DNA of 64,000 nucleotides, taken from the NCBI GenBank assembly GCA_051294375.1, contig CM119264.1, forward strand, positions 31,066,135-31,130,134. The letters are read 5' to 3'. The position numbers and the translations under genes were made by a program. Origin of the DNA: Paraspadella gotoi (lineage: Eukaryota; Animalia; Chaetognatha). The notes under the pieces are model-generated. The model made no database searches. It saw only the letters and a program-made list of their open reading frames with translations, and was not told the origin of the DNA. Positions 25,077 through 40,000 of the stretch are shown in pieces; position 1 is the first letter of the stretch, and each line of letters starts with the position of its first letter.

Positions 25077-25357
25077 TCCTTCACCCTTGTTAAATAGTTC
25101 AAATGACGAATACCCCGGTTATTTCAGGTTATTAACGGAAAATTGCCCCCCGGTTAATAAGCTAATGACAACGGGTTTTCGGGATTTTCTCGGGTTAATG
25201 GGTTAATTTCATGAATTTGAAAAAAGGTTAAAGACCCCGATAAAACTGGCAAGCTTGTTGTCATTTGTACAAGATTGTTAAATTGGGTTAATTGATTGGT
25301 TTCTATTGATTTTAATTTGTGCTTTTTACTCTTTAATTCGAGATTGACAATTTCTAC

Positions 25358-25389
<32 letters not shown>

Positions 25390-25712
25390 NNNNNNNNNNN
25401 NNNNNNNNNNNNNNNNNNNNNNNNNNNNNNNNNNNNNNNNNNNNNNNNNNNNNNNNNNNNNNNNNNNNNNNNNNNNNNNNNNNNNNNNNNNNNNNNNNNN
25501 NNNNNNNNNNNNNNNNNNNNNNNNNNNNNNNNNNNNNNNNNNNNNNNNNNNNNNNNNNNNNNNNTTTTCTTCTTCCTCTTTCGTGTATTTGAACTCAAGG
25601 TGTTTCTCTATTTTTTTCTTTCCACCGAAATTTTGTTCGATTTTTATCAAATTCGTTTTAAATGTGGAATAAAGTTGAGGCCCGGCGTTTAAGAAAGGTT
25701 TAACTCTCTCTC

Positions 25713-25755
<43 letters not shown>

Positions 25756-26346
25756 TTTAATTCCCAGTCTCCTCTCTTTATGATAATGGATTTTTTCATC
25801 GCATTTTCTCATTTTCCTTTTTTTTCCTTTTTCTTCTTCCTTTGTTTGTCCCAATTTTTTCCTCTGTTTCTTTTTTCCCACTTTTTTATTTCCTTTTTCC
25901 TCCTCTTCCTCCTCCTCCTCCTCTTCTTCTGCCTCGTCCTCCTCCTCCTTCTCTTCATCTCTCCCTCTTTCCTTCCTTCCTTCTTCACGATTCTCTCAAC
26001 GATTCCTCACTTTTATCCTTCTCAACCTTTCTTTATTTTACTTTCTATCCTCTTCTTTTCTTTTTTAGCGACTTTTCTTTCCGGCTTCAGCTTCATTTCT
26101 TTTCTCAGAAATCGAACCCACATCGTCGTCTTCTTCTTCGTCGTCTTCTTGTTCGTCGTCGTTCTCATCGTCGTCTTAAAAACTGACCAATGTTAACCCT
26201 TACTTTTAATTTAATCTCTTATTTCCCCTCAACCCTTAACTTTCCTTCCTCACCCTTGGAATCACCTCACCTCATCGGCTCATTAACTCGAATCTCACGC
26301 AATTCAAGAAAAAAAGAAAAGGAAAAAGAGAATCGATATTTTATTC

Positions 26347-26377
<31 letters not shown>

Positions 26378-29149
26378 CTCCTCTCTCTCTCTCTCTTTCT
26401 CTTATGGTTGAACTTTCTGGATAGAAAAGACAAGAAGAAAGAAATATTTTTTTCTTTATTCTTTTTTCCACCTCTTCCAATCTATACTGTATTTGGTTTC
26501 CTTCCTACTGCTTACTCTCTCTCTCCTCTCCTCTCTCTCCTCTCTCTACCTACTCTTTTCTCCTCAATCTCGGCATAGGCTTTGTCGAATCTAAAACCAA
26601 AGAGAAAAATCGACCGAAATCGGACGCACGCTGTTATGTCAGTACGGATTCCTCATATACCAGCGGAATCCAAACCCGACAGGCGAGTGAGGTCAAGTCG
26701 CGAGAGTCACACTCCGGATGAAATCAACACAAAGAACTTCCACTATTGAGCCCAACCCCCGTTAAAGATCGTAATGATATCACCTCTGTGGAACGACCAA
26801 TAGAGTAAAGAAAGACAGGGGGGGCTTTTCAGTTGTCTCGCCGGGGCGAAACAAAAAGAGAAAAAAGCCGTACCCCATCGACGAGACAGGTAACACTGTC
26901 GGGTAATTCTAAAATTCCTAGGGCTCTAATAAATACTACTGACCATATTTTCTGTATCGAGTTCAATCTGCCTGTAAATCTCCTCACCCAACGCCTGTTC
27001 TTTGGCTTGTAAAATATTTGCCGCTCTCCTCGCGAGTAACATTCCACCTTCTAGTGTCTTCATGTTTTTGAGAAGTCGCATGCTACCTCTGTCTCTTTTT
27101 CTACTTACTTAAATGCGTAGAGTGTGGAAGCTGTGTCCATACGCTATTAGTATTGTCGCCATCTACCACCAAATCGACGATTCGACACACTACAGATCAA
27201 TCGTGGCGCACAGTCGACGCGCCTATCGACACAGCCTCTCTGCGAGCAGATGCACTCGCCACGCAGGCATGGAGCTTCGAACCCACGCCTCAGCCGACAG
27301 AGACCCTTAATGGTCCTACACTAAATTGCTCTTCTCGCATGGTAATTGTACTTTCTTGAATAGAAAAGACATAGAAGGAATAAGAAGAATTATTTTTTCT
27401 ATTTATTTCTCTTTTTCAAAGCGCCCCATTCTTCTCTTTTGTTTCTCTCGCTCTCCTCTTCTCCTCTCTCTCTCGTCTCATCTCTCTTTCTTCTTTGGTT
27501 GGACTTCTGTAATCAGAAAAAAAAGACAAGAAGATGAAAGAAAATATTTCTTTTCTTTTATTACTTTTTTTCCACCTTCTTCTCTGTTTGTTTTCTCTCC
27601 TCTCTCTCCTCTCTCCTCCTCTCTCTCTCTCTCATCGTCGCTCTCCTTCTCTCTCTCTCTCTCTCTCCGTCTTCTCTCCACTCTTCCTCCACACACACAC
27701 TCCATCTTCTTATCAACAACCAACAGATACTAAACTAACCCCTTTTAAAATCAGACAAATTTCTCGACTTCTATCCATTTTTTGAGGTTTTAAGAGTAGG
27801 AAAGGTCATTCAGTCATAAACAATACCCGTAATCATGATGTGTGTAGTAGCTAATTATCATCGAGAAAATTACTCTTATTAACAATAGTCATCTAGTTAA
27901 TCACATAAGAAATAGAATCGTTCTTATTTATTTTTGTCTCATTCTGTTTTCAATAATTTTTGTATATTTAAAATATGCAGGTCGTCTGAGTCAAAATTAA
28001 CAAAATTGTATAATAAATGGCTGTAGGCACATGTTTACGAAGATTTCGTTTTCCAATCTGTTAAGTTGTTAAAAAATTCTAGGTAAGACAAGTTTTAAAA
28101 ACACGGTTCTATGTCTGGATTAGTTTTAGGAACGGGTGGGAGGAAATTAAACATTATTAATCTCGTTACATCTGTTTCGGGTTTTCCAGTCATTGAACAA
28201 AATCTTCAGCTATAAAGTAGATTGGTTAAAGAGAGAAATTCAAGCTCACATGAAATCTACACTTGAATTTGAAAAGAGCTTTGCAGCCTAAACGACCTGG
28301 CAATAATATGAATTAAAAATCTTGAATTTAGCAATCACCTTAAAAACACATTGTAAAAAATTGTAATAGAGAGACATTTTGAAAATAAACTGTACGTTCA
28401 TCCATTAGAAAAGGACATTCAGCGCGTTGTGTTAACAGTATTTAAAAAACGTCTTCATTTTCAAGGATACAAGTTGAAACTTAAAAAATGTCTCCTACTT
28501 ATTACCCATTTTTCTTAAGTTCAGTAATAAGAATGCATAAACAAGAATATCAGATGGATTGGCCTTTTATTCGTTTTGACCTGCAACTTCTTTCAAGATA
28601 GCGTTTCTCTTTGTATTTTATAATTATAATTAAACCCGATCATACAATAGAATGCGCCACGTCACTCAAACTAGTATCCGAATTCTCACCGCTGCCGTCT
28701 GATCTCGCGCACGGCGCCTGGTGAAATGCATCAAATGCTTAAAGTGAATACCAATTTTCGGAATCGCCAGGGAACTCAGCTCTTCCGAATTTGTACCCAA
28801 TGTTTTTAGCCTTATTTTGGAAGTTGAGATAGAATGACCCTTTTTCTTAACATTATTATTTCAGTTTTTATTTAATATAAAATTTTAAAAAAGCGATTGT
28901 GAAATATGGTTTACACTTTTTTTAATGTTTTTCGGGAATTGTTCACTTTTATAGTCATTCAAAAACAGACAAACACAAATTAATTTCTTAGTTATACTTT
29001 TCTGTTTCTTTCTTCTTTTTCTTAAACATCATCTATACATTTTTTGACTTTCCTCTCTTCTCTTCTTCTCTCACCATCTTTTCCTCTTTCACTTCTTTTC
29101 TCTTCCTCCTCTTCTTCCTCGTCCAGTCATCCTCTTTTCCTTCTCCTCC

Positions 29150-29181
<32 letters not shown>

Positions 29182-30735
29182 CTTCTCTGACCCAGATACG
29201 TTTCACCCTCTCTCCGCCGACGTACAATTTTGCCTCTCTCCTCATTGTAGCTTCTTTTCCTGTCTCGTCTCGATCTCTGCTGGCTCTCTCCGATCTCCCT
29301 CTTCTTCTCTCTCTCTCTTCTCTCTGCTCTCTCTCTCTCCTCCTCCTCTCTCTCTCTCTCTTCTCATCCTCTCTCGCTCTCTCTCGATCTTTTGCTCTAT
29401 CGGTCTCTCGCTCTCTCTGGTTGCTCCAGAATCTCAGACTTCTATTTATCTTTTTCCTTCTCTGAGAAAAAAAATTTTAAAAAAGCCAAAAAAAAAAGAT
29501 TTTTCCTAAAAACAAAGAAAACTAAAAAAAAACGACATTTGTAAAAAAAATCCAAATTGATTAGAAGTTTGTAGGACGATCTTTATAATTGTTATAACCA
29601 CTAAGCATCGCAGGAATTTTTAACTAAAATGGTTTATCTTCGCCGGCAAAAAATTAATCGTTATTTAATTTATTAATAATTGTATTTTTGATGCTTCATA
29701 CAAGTGTATATTTCAAGGGGTAACTTTCACGAGACAAGGTGCAAATACATGTAGATCAGATCATTAAATACATCTCTGCTTACTAACAAAAAACCTGCTT
29801 TTATATTTTAATATCTATATTACTTGATTTGATTAGTTAAGGTTAATCGTAGGTTTATTATTGACTGACAAAAACGAATTTTTGTTTTAATGAATAGAAA
29901 GAAAAAAAAGAAGAAAGGATCTTAAAGTCCAGACAAAACTTAACCGTCAACATTTTTTTTTACTTCAGACGAAATCGAATTCGATCAAATTTTTTTTCTC
30001 TTTTTTTTGTTTTAGAAAAAAGAAAATCTATGATTTTTAATCTTTTTTTTTCTTCAGATTTTCCGCTCGGGATTTTTTAAGTCTTTCCGTTTTTTTAAAA
30101 ACTTCTCGCGATATTTAAAATATAAAAAAAAAGAGAATAAAGGAAATAAAAACTATTAATTCGATTCTCAAATGAAATATTTTTTTAAAAAATTTTGTTT
30201 CGCGGAATAAAAATAATAAAAATAAAAAATAAAAATAAAAATAATAAAAAGTAGATTTTAACCCCAAAATCTTCATCATCAGGAAAAAAACACTTATGAA
30301 CGAAAAATAATAAAAAAACTTATAAAATCAAAAAATTGATATAAAATTAAAGAAACGCGGAATTAAGAATCTTCGTCGCTCAACTGAACAAAAAAATAGC
30401 ATAAAATCCTAAACTCAACTTTTCTTTTCTTCTTCCAATTTTTGTTCTTATTTTCTCTCGTATGAAAACAATTACAAAACACAAATGAAACTCACAAAAA
30501 AAAAACCTCATCCACTCGTAAAACTGTTTTGTTTCCCTTCGTTTGATGTTTCTCCCCCAAAAATCGCCGACCGAAAATATTGAATAAAAACACGAAACAA
30601 GTGAATAATTTAAAATAATTAAAACGCGAAAAAACGTATTAAATTAACAAAAAAAGACAAAAACATTGTTAATAACTAAACAGAATCGATAAAAAACACA
30701 CTCAAAACAAATACAAACAAAAGACGTTGCCCTCG

Positions 30736-30910
30736 GTTGCCATGGAGACTCGATATTGTTTTCCTCGATCGAGACTCAACGGAAACGACGTCACGGATCC
30801 AACGTGATTGGCGCCTGATTGGCTTATTTGATTGGCGCCTGATTGGCTTATTTGATTGGCGCCTGATTGACTTATTTGATTGGCGCCTGATTGGCTTATT
30901 TGATTGGCCG
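30736..30910. promoter_or_regulatory. RFX X-box, CRE-like site and 24-bp tandem array of inverted CCAAT boxes
   Basis: gttgccatggagac (30736-30749), gacgtcac (~30787), then (gattggcgcctgattggcttattt) x4. Confidence 0.5.
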
Positions 30911-31266
30911 CCCGTTACCACTTGACAATTCTGTTGACCATTCTTTCACAAAAGAAAAAAGAAGAGAAAAAGCATAAATATCATTACAATAATTAAATAT
31001 CATTCTCGGTGTTATAAACACATTTGTTTCCCCCCCAAAAAAAATTTTCCCAGTCTTCCGGCCTATCGACCTCAATTATTATTTGGCAAATTAATTAATA
31101 AAACAAAAAAAAAACAAAGCTTGGAAAAAAAAAGAAGAAGAAAAAAACTCGCACCACGTTTCGCTCGTGTCACGTTTCTCTTCTGCCACGTTTCTCTCGT
31201 GTCACGATCTCTCTCCCGTTTCCCCAATTCGTCTTCATTTTATAAATCTTTTCCCCAACAAACAAG

Positions 31267-32973
31267 TCACGCGTCGCCATAGCAACCAACGGTGGCATCC
31301 GATTTCCCTTCGGGAAAACTCATTCGCCTCTTTCCCCGTCCCGTCGCGTTGGCGTCCCTTGGTCCGAATCTGCTCCGGGGTCCAGAACTTTTCCCGGAAC
31401 TCTATCTCCTCACAGAACTGTTCCCGGAACTCTAAATCCTCACAGAACTGTTCCCGGAACTCTATCTCCTCACAGAACTGTTCCCGGAACTCTATCTCCT
31501 CACAGAACTGTTCCCGGAACTGTTCCCCTGAACGCTCATTGTAAAACTGTCTCCGCAACTGTCCCCGCTTCCTGCCCCGGTTCCTCGGTCCCGGGAACGA
31601 TCCCCGACCGGATCCCCAGGACCCCGACCGTCCCCAGATCCGCCCTCGCTGCCCCTCCATCCTCCGCCCGTGCCTTCCCGGCTTCTTTTGCCCCCGCCGC
31701 TCCTCGCCGTCCGATTCCGCCCGGCGCTTTGATTCGCTCCGTTCAGATTCCGGCTGCGGCGGTGAAGAGTCTCTCCGCCGCAGACGCCGCCTCGCCGCTG
31801 CGAATCGCGTCGGCAGCGTCGACAGCCGGAGCGGCGAAGCAGCTGCCGTCCTCGGGCTGCGGCGGAGACACCATCTCCCTCCCTCGAGTCTTCCTTCATT
31901 CGCTTTTGCGGCAGCAGAGATTGAAGCAACAGCGGTTGCTGCAGAGAGGATCTTTGCAGCAACAGCAACAACAACAGCAGATACAGCAGGGGACTACGTC
32001 TCGACAGCAAAGGACTCTGGAGAACAGAGATTCGTCATTGCGACAACCCGGGGGCGGGTCGTTGCAGCAAAGGGCGCAGCATCGAGTGGATTCGCAACAA
32101 TTGGAATCTGCTCCTCCTCCTCATCGCGTTGCCATGACGACCGTGACTTCAGCTCCTCCTCCTCTTCCTCCTCCCCTTCTTCTTCAGACGAATCCCTCCG
32201 TCTCTTCCTCATCTCTTCCTCTTCGTCTTCCTCCGCCACCAGAGTCGCCCTCATCGCCGCCGCCGTCGAATCAGCAACAGCAACAGCAGCCACGCCCACC
32301 TTTACCTCCGCCGACGTCGCCGCGTCTTAGCGGCGGGGTTGGCATGGCGCTTGCTTCGCCGGAAATATCGGCGCCGATTAATCGCGTCTCCCTTAGATCC
32401 GGTAAGTTCCGGCGGTTTTGACCTCTTTTTGATTGGTTTGAGTGATTGATTGGGCTGATTGGTTTTTCGCTGGAGTGATAGTATTTACCGTTTAAACTGA
32501 TTGATTGGGCTGATTCCGTGATTGGCCTGACTGATTGGCTGGACCTACTGGGGACAGGGGATTTAAAGTTATTTCGTGCTCACTGCTCTGCGATGGTGTT
32601 CAGTGGTCAAAATCTCCAGGTGCATCTATTTCACTCAGTTTATTGGTTCCTACATACATCAAAGTCCGTTCGTCCGTCCGTACTTACTCCCAGTTTCACT
32701 TTTTCTTCCGTTCGTACAAAAGTAGAAAAAAAAAAGAAAACTTTTTCGCTCTTATGATAAGACTTATCTTTTAAAAAAAATATATATAAAAAAATAAATA
32801 AATAAATAAATAAAAATCGTCGACCTCAAAATATAAACCGGGAAAAGAAAAACAGAAAAAAAAAAATTTATTAATAAAAAAAAAGTTTTTTTTATAAAAG
32901 TTATTGATCTTTTTTACTTTTTCCGACTTTCAACTTTTCCCCCCGAAAGTTAAACGATCTTTAGATTCATTCC

Positions 32974-33009
<36 letters not shown>

Positions 33010-33113
33010 TCTCCCTCTCTCACTGTCTCGTCTGAGGAGAACGTGAACTCTGTATTTAGGTCACATGACTTTAGAACTTGCCGAGAGAGGAATACAAGAC
33101 GAGAGAGAGAGAA

Positions 33114-33155
<42 letters not shown>

Positions 33156-34538
33156 AGAGAAGAGAGAGAAGAGTATATATATATAGAGGAACGAGAGAGA
33201 GTTCGCGTCACTTATTTTTTCCAAGTTTTTTATTTTACTTAAAATTCGAATAAAAAATAAAAAAAATGAAAAAATGAAAAAAAAACGAGATTTGTACTCG
33301 AGACTTGAAATGAAGGAGGAAGAGGAGGAGGAAGCGGAGGAGAAGGAGGAAGAGGAGGAACGAGGAGGAGGAGGAAGCGGAGGAGGAGGAGGGAAGGAGG
33401 AGGAGGAAGCGGAGGAGAAGACGTTTAAGTGTAAATTAAAACTGTACTCGTTTTTTTTTTTCGTTAGAACCCGAATGCACGAATCAGTGTCGGTTTGTCG
33501 GTTGTCGGTTGTCGCTTGTCCGTTGTCGGTTGTCCGTTGTCGTTGTCGGTTGTCCGTTGTCGGTTGTCGCGTTGTCGTTGTCCGTTGTCGGTTGTCGGTT
33601 TGTGCGTTTGTCGGTGTCGGTTGTTCGGTTGTCGTTGTCGGTTGTCCGTTGTCGGTTTGTTTCCGTTGTCGGTTGTCGGTTGTCCGTTGTCGTTGTCGGT
33701 TGTCGGTTGTCGGTTTGTCGGTTGTCGGTTGTCGGTTGTCGGTTTCCAGTGTCGGTCATAAAAACGGAAGGAAAAAAGAAAAGAAATGGAAAGGAAAATA
33801 TGATTAGGGTTCTCTTTGCCAAAAGCCACCCATTTTTTTTTTAATTTTTAAAATTATTTTTAATCTTAATATAAAATTTTAATTTGTTACTATACTCATA
33901 ACCCGATACTTAGCCCTAATAAACTAACTTTAAAGCTTGATCTTAAACAAAACATTAACCTTAATTCTTAATTGATAATAATTAACCATAACCTCTAACC
34001 TTAAACTGTAATCCTTTACCTTTATCGTTAATGGGGCATTCTGAGAAAATAAGGCCGATGAAATGGGGCATTCTGGAGAAAATAAGGCCCCAAAGTTTGA
34101 ACCTCAAATCTTCAAACTATCAATCAATCAATCAATCAATCCGTTCATCCAAACCACCATCCTTTGATTTAACCGTCCGTCCGTCCGTCCATCCATTTTC
34201 AAATCTCTCTTCCATCGTCTCGTTCGTTTCTTTGACATGAAGAACATTGTTTTAATTAACTCAATGTATTTTTTCTTTTTTTTTTATACAAGGGATGAGT
34301 TTTAGTTTGTTTTTTAAATCGTCGTCGTAGTCGTCGTCGTCGTCGTCGTCGTTCAAATCGAGTAAAACTCAGACGTTCGCGTCATAGACAAGAGATAAAA
34401 CTTAAAAAAAAAAAATAATAAAACATTACTTTGTGGTCCTTGGGGTCCTCCGCCTCCTCCTCATCCTCCTCCTCCTCCTCTTCCTCTTCCTCTACTCAAC
34501 ATTCCATCAAAGAGGGTTAAAGACTTATAAGGTAAAAA

Positions 34539-34599
<61 letters not shown>

Positions 34600-35339
34600 G
34601 TGTTTGTTCTGTTCCTCGCGCAGAGAACTCTTGTCTGGGTGCGGGGAACTCAAAGGAAGTTCAGGGTCGAGATGCAGACCTTCAAAGGTGCGGATTAAAG
34701 GTTCAGATCTCTTAGTAATAATCATTTCAGTTTAAAATCAAAAATGAATTGGAAATTAATTTTTACGAAAATTATTTCTGTTCATCTCGAGCACGAAAAG
34801 TCAATTTGCATAAAACTAAATTCAAAATTTATGAGCAGAAGAAATTTGTTTCTTTTTTTCATTTTTGTGTCTTAAGGAATTTTAGTTGTTTTTTTGTTTT
34901 GTTTTAATTTTAAACGAGTTTTCTGCTAAAGTTTACCCCGAAGCTACGATAAAAATGGTTCATGATTAAATTTTAAATTATCCCAAATATATTCGTTAAA
35001 ATTTCATTTATCTTTTTTTTAATTTTCCATCTTTAATCTTTAATCTTTAATCTTTAATCTTTAATCTTTAATCTTTAATCTTTAATCAAATTCTTTTTCA
35101 GTTTCTTCCATGAATTCAACTTCCGCCGACCAAAATCTTTCTACATCCGCGGTTCAATGCTTACCCACATCCGGGGACCACGTTTTCTCCTCATCCGTGG
35201 ACCACGGTTTCCCCACATCTGGGGACCACGGTTTCCCCACATCCGGGGACCACGGCTTCCCCACATCCGGGGATTCCCGATCGCCCGACGTTTCGCCATT
35301 GTCCTTTGATCGATCTTCGCCTTTTAGGTACAAGCAGGG

Positions 35340-35394
<55 letters not shown>

Positions 35395-35658
35395 TCATTC
35401 AGTCAATCAAATCATTCAGTCAATCAAATAATTCAGTTAATTAANNNNNNNNNNNNNNNNNNNNNNNNAACCAATCCAGCGACGTTTCTGCCGTCAACGG
35501 CGTCTCCTCCGTATTACCCTCGTCGGCTGCTGCATCCACCGCCTCCGCTGCTGCCGCGACCTCTCCTGCCGCTGCTCCCGCCGCGGCGTCGGCCTCGAGG
35601 GGCGAAGCCAAAGTCGAGAGTCAAAATGGAGCGAGAGATGCGTCGCTAGAGGGACTGG
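31267..35658 (+). CDS. Putative upstream low-complexity (Pro/Gln/Ser/Ala-rich) exons of a long slingshot isoform
   Basis: Phase-compatible GT-AG exons 31267-32401, 35102-35327 and 35480-35658 form one open frame with (HRTVPGTLSP)n and (TSGDHGFP)n repeats; the last donor is phase 1, compatible with SSH exon 38076. No start codon located; no recognisable domain. Confidence 0.5.
33485..33745. repeat. (GTCGGTT)-type simple repeat
   Basis: Degenerate tgtcggt/tgtccgt units; a noisy copy lies at ~42705-42940. Confidence 0.85.
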
Positions 35659-36479
35659 GTAAGTTTAGGGTGAGGTCGGAGTTGAAGGGCGAAGTGAGGT
35701 CGGGGCGGGGGAGAGGTGAGGTCGGAATTGTGTAAGGAGTGAGGTCGGGATGGGGGTGAAGCGAGTTTGGAGTTGGTTGGAGGTGAGGTTGGAGTAGGGG
35801 GCCGAAGGTCAGGGCTGGGGTAAAGTAAGGTTGGAGTTGTGGAAAGTGAGGTTAGAGTTGTGGAAAAGTAAGGTTGGAGTTGTGGAAAAGTAAGGTCGGA
35901 GATGAGGAAAAGTTCGGAGGTGTGGAAAAGTGAGGTCGGAGATGTAGAAAAGTAAGGATAGAGTTGTGGAAAAGTAAGGTCGGAGTTGTGAAAAAGTGAG
36001 GTCGTCGTTTGAGGGTAGGTTGGACGAAATGAGGTTAGTTGGGGATTTTTGGATTGGGATAGATGATTCTCTCGTTCTTGAAATCTGAGCGTTGCAACGC
36101 GTCGCAGAGCATAGCAACGCGTAGCATTGAAATGCAATAGCATGCTAAGAAATGCAATTGAATTATATTAATCGCCGTGAGAAAGTTCTCACTAGGGAAA
36201 TAAAATTTTTATTCAACTTTCACTAATTTAATGAATCGTCAGACTCAAACTGGTTTCTAGTGTTATTAAACTTATTGTTGACTTAAGTTGTTTGTTTGTT
36301 AATAATAATGTCACGCTGCTCATCAAAATTGACATTTATTGTCATTTTAAAATTTAATATTATTAAACTTGATTCCGAATATTGAAAACGAAAATCTCAG
36401 AAAAAAAAATATAGATTTGATTCCACTGAATAATCGCACGAAAATGCGATCACGAAGTTGAATTTTTTTTCGCTAAAAA

Positions 36480-36543
<64 letters not shown>

Positions 36544-36661
36544 TGATTTTTTTCGATTCGGCCTCCCCTGACGATTTTCCTGTGTCGTAGTTTTTCGTCT
36601 TGAGCCGAAACGAATTTTTTGAGCTCAAAAAAAGTTTTTAGAGTTCAAGATCTCTCTCTTT

Positions 36662-36741
<80 letters not shown>

Positions 36742-37044
36742 ACTCTGTCTCTCAAACACACACACAAATTCTGCTGGTTTCACGATCCTAAAACCGAAGT
36801 CATTTTTTTTCTTCGAAACAAAACAGAAAAACAGCGAAGAACAAAAAAAAAAAAAAAAAAACGAAACAAGGAAGAAAAATCAAGGATAAAAAAAACAACA
36901 ATAATAAATACAAAACGTTAATTAAAAAAATAAATATTTTTATCGAGACACAATATTTTTTTCATTTCATTTCTAACTTTATTCCTACGAATTTTTTATT
37001 TTGATTCAACATCCGGAGAGACATTCACAACAACAACAACGACA

Positions 37045-40000
37045 ATGACAACATCAACAACTTCAACAACTCCAGCACCTCCAACATCATCCTCAAACGA
37101 ATCCATCCAGATGTCGCTCAAGGTTTTGACGATCGCTCGTCAAAATTCATCGCTCGAGGCCAAAGACGAGGATGATGCGGCGCCCATGAGTCCAGTCGGT
37201 CAGATGAGAAGGAACAACTTTCTCAACAGGGTAAGGGAATTTAATCAAGGGTAAGTTATGGAATGAGAGGTAAGGAACGGATTTTGAAAGAGCGATTAAA
37301 TTTGTTGTTTAGTATTTTTGCCGTTTAGGTATTTAGTCATGAATAATACTAATAAGTAAGATTTCATACAAGGGAATGATGGTGTTGTAGCTAAAAAGAA
37401 TAAAGGTTGAAAATAAAATCCAATAAATCCAATAAATCTAATAAATCTAAAAGCAATAAAACTACATACTCTGTATCACTGTTTTATCTATAACCTTCCC
37501 TGGGACATCTGTACCACTATGTACCCATTTATAACCTTTATATCCTTAATCTTTATATTTTTTGTAACCCTATCCCAATCTATAAACTTCACCCCATTTA
37601 TAACCATCTCTTGCCATCTGTACCCCATTTTACCATATATAACAAATTAACTATCTTTACCAGGGTCGCCGCGCCAGCTACGTCCAGACAAAAAGCGCCA
37701 TCCGTGTAGTCTGCACTGAAGAGTCGATTGGCAATGGGAAAGTGGAAATCAGCTTTGACTGGGGACTCGGCTCCAGTAGCCCTAGGAGCAGTCCCGTACT
37801 TGGTAAAGGAGCAGATGGTAGTAGATTGGACTGATTGTAGGAGCATTGACTGGGGACTCGGACTCGGAGCAGTCCCGTTTTTGGTAGGGGAGCAGTAGCT
37901 CTAGGAGCAGAAAGTAGGACAGCAACAGGAGTAGTGGAAAGATAATTGCCCCTGAACTTGTGGAATTTATGGCGATTTGGGGTCATTATGATAGTTTTGT
38001 GATAGATGCAGCTGGTATTGTGACAGTAGTTTATTTTCTCGACGGAACTTACTTATATTCCTGACCATTTCGCAGGCGACCGTAATCGAGTTCGCCGTGG
38101 CAGCATATTAGCGCCGGCGCCGTCGCAATCCGTCGCAGCGCCGCTAACGCTGCCGGCTGCTGCTCCTGCGGAAGCGGTGACGTCGCGTCTGGAGGCGGAG
38201 GAGCTGCAGCAAACTGTTCTGCCGCGAAAAGAGTCGAAGCTGGAAAGACTCGTGAAACAGGAATCGAGACTGATCTTGGATGATGCGGAAGGTGGGAGTT
38301 GTGGAAAAGAGGAGGATGGTAGTTGGGGGTTGTGGAAAATGAGTTGTGAAAAAAAACCAGATTGTGGAACAGAGATGTAGAAAATACTTTGTTGAAAAAG
38401 GCATGGTCGTTGGGGGACGTGGAAAGCGGTGGAAAGTTGTGAAAAGGTGAATGAGGGATGTGAAAAATCAGTTGTGGAAAGTCGATTTGTGGAAAAGTTG
38501 GGAGAGTACACGGGAGATGTGGAAAATTAGTTGTGGAAAGTCGATTTGTGGAAAAGTTGGGAGAGTACACGGGAGATTTGGAAAATGAGTTGGGGAAACA
38601 CAAGATGATGGTGGAATATGTGGAAAATAAGTTGTGGAAAGAGAGATGAAAAGAAAAGACTTTCTTTTTTTTTCTTTTTTTTTTATCATCCGACTTCTTA
38701 CGCCTTTGAAGCTGAAACCGTCTCGACTGGAGTCGAATCACAAAGCAGCATCCCTGACGACAGCAGCGGCGGCGGCGGCGGCGGCAGCAGCTTTAAATCT
38801 GAAGGACAAGACGACTCAGATTCGATTATCACTTTTATCTGTAGCGATGATGTGATGAAAATCGCTGTTGCGTTGGAATCGACGGAAGAAGGAGAAGGTT
38901 ATTGAGATTTTTATAAATCTTAAATCTTAAATCTTAAATTTTTACTTCTTAATGTCTTATTCCGTTAGTCTCTTATTCCTAAATCCCAATTTGTATGTTT
39001 GAACAATCTAAATCCCCAATCCAATTATCTCATTTTAAATATTAAACCTTAGCCCTGAATCTTATTCCTAAATCTTGATCTAAAACAATCATAAAAATAA
39101 ATCTTTAAATTTATTTTAAATCTCCTATCTAAATCTTAAATTCAGATCTAAATTTTAAATCCTAATTCTGAATCCTAATTTGAAACCTATCCCATATTCT
39201 CAAATCTTAAACCTTTAAATCCCAAATCTCTAAATCTCTAAATCCCAAACTTAAATCTCTAAATCCCCAAATCTCTAAATTTCCAAATCTCTAAATCCCA
39301 AATCTAAAATCTCTAAGTTCCCAAAATTCTAAATCTCTAAATCTCCAAATCTCTCAATCTCTAAATTCCCAATCTCTAAATTCCAAATCCCCAAATCTCT
39401 AAATCCCAAATCTCTTAATCTCTAAATCCCCAAATCTTAAACCCCCCCCTTAAAGCCAAATACCTCGTCGTCGTTGGACCCAAAGATTCCAACGAGAACG
39501 TGATTCTCGGACTCACGTTTCGCCGGAAATCTTTGTCTCTCGGCGTCATCATCCGGATTTATGCCGAGAGCGAAATCACGCTGCATGACGACGGTGAGAC
39601 GTCATTTACGGTATCGGTGATGCGGATGATGCTGTGAGGTTAACAGCGACGAATTAAAAATAAATTAGCCCTCAATTCTGTACATATTAAAAATTCTGAC
39701 CACGTAAACGCGAACAAAAAAATAGGCGGGGTGATCTTCCAATCCTTCGTGAACCACCCTGGACGAGCCACTTCAGCCCCTCTCATCTTCAAGCCCGTCT
39801 CCGTCTTCACGATGTGGTCCTTCATTCAAATCGTCAACAATTTGATCGCGAAAGCGAGAGAGAGAAACGTTTACTTGGGCAACGCCCCTTTTGGCTGGAC
39901 CAAATATTACGAAGAAAGACTTACTACGGACAAAGTTTTGTTAAAGGTTGGGTCCGGGGGCCATATTATATAATTTAATTTTTTTAATATTTTTTAAACG

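Noticed and set aside
26560-27360. GC-balanced unique-looking stretch with short ORFs
   Set aside because: No recognisable motif or splice pattern; flanked by noisy re-copies of the same local sequence (~26417, 27357, 27500), suggesting read junk.
27840-28850. Possible decayed transposase fragment
   Set aside because: No sustained reading frame or catalytic motif found by eye.
33053-33069. RORE/RevRE-like tatttaggtca overlapping E-box gtcacatgac in a slingshot intron
   Set aside because: A single short match is expected by chance in 64 kb of AT-rich DNA.
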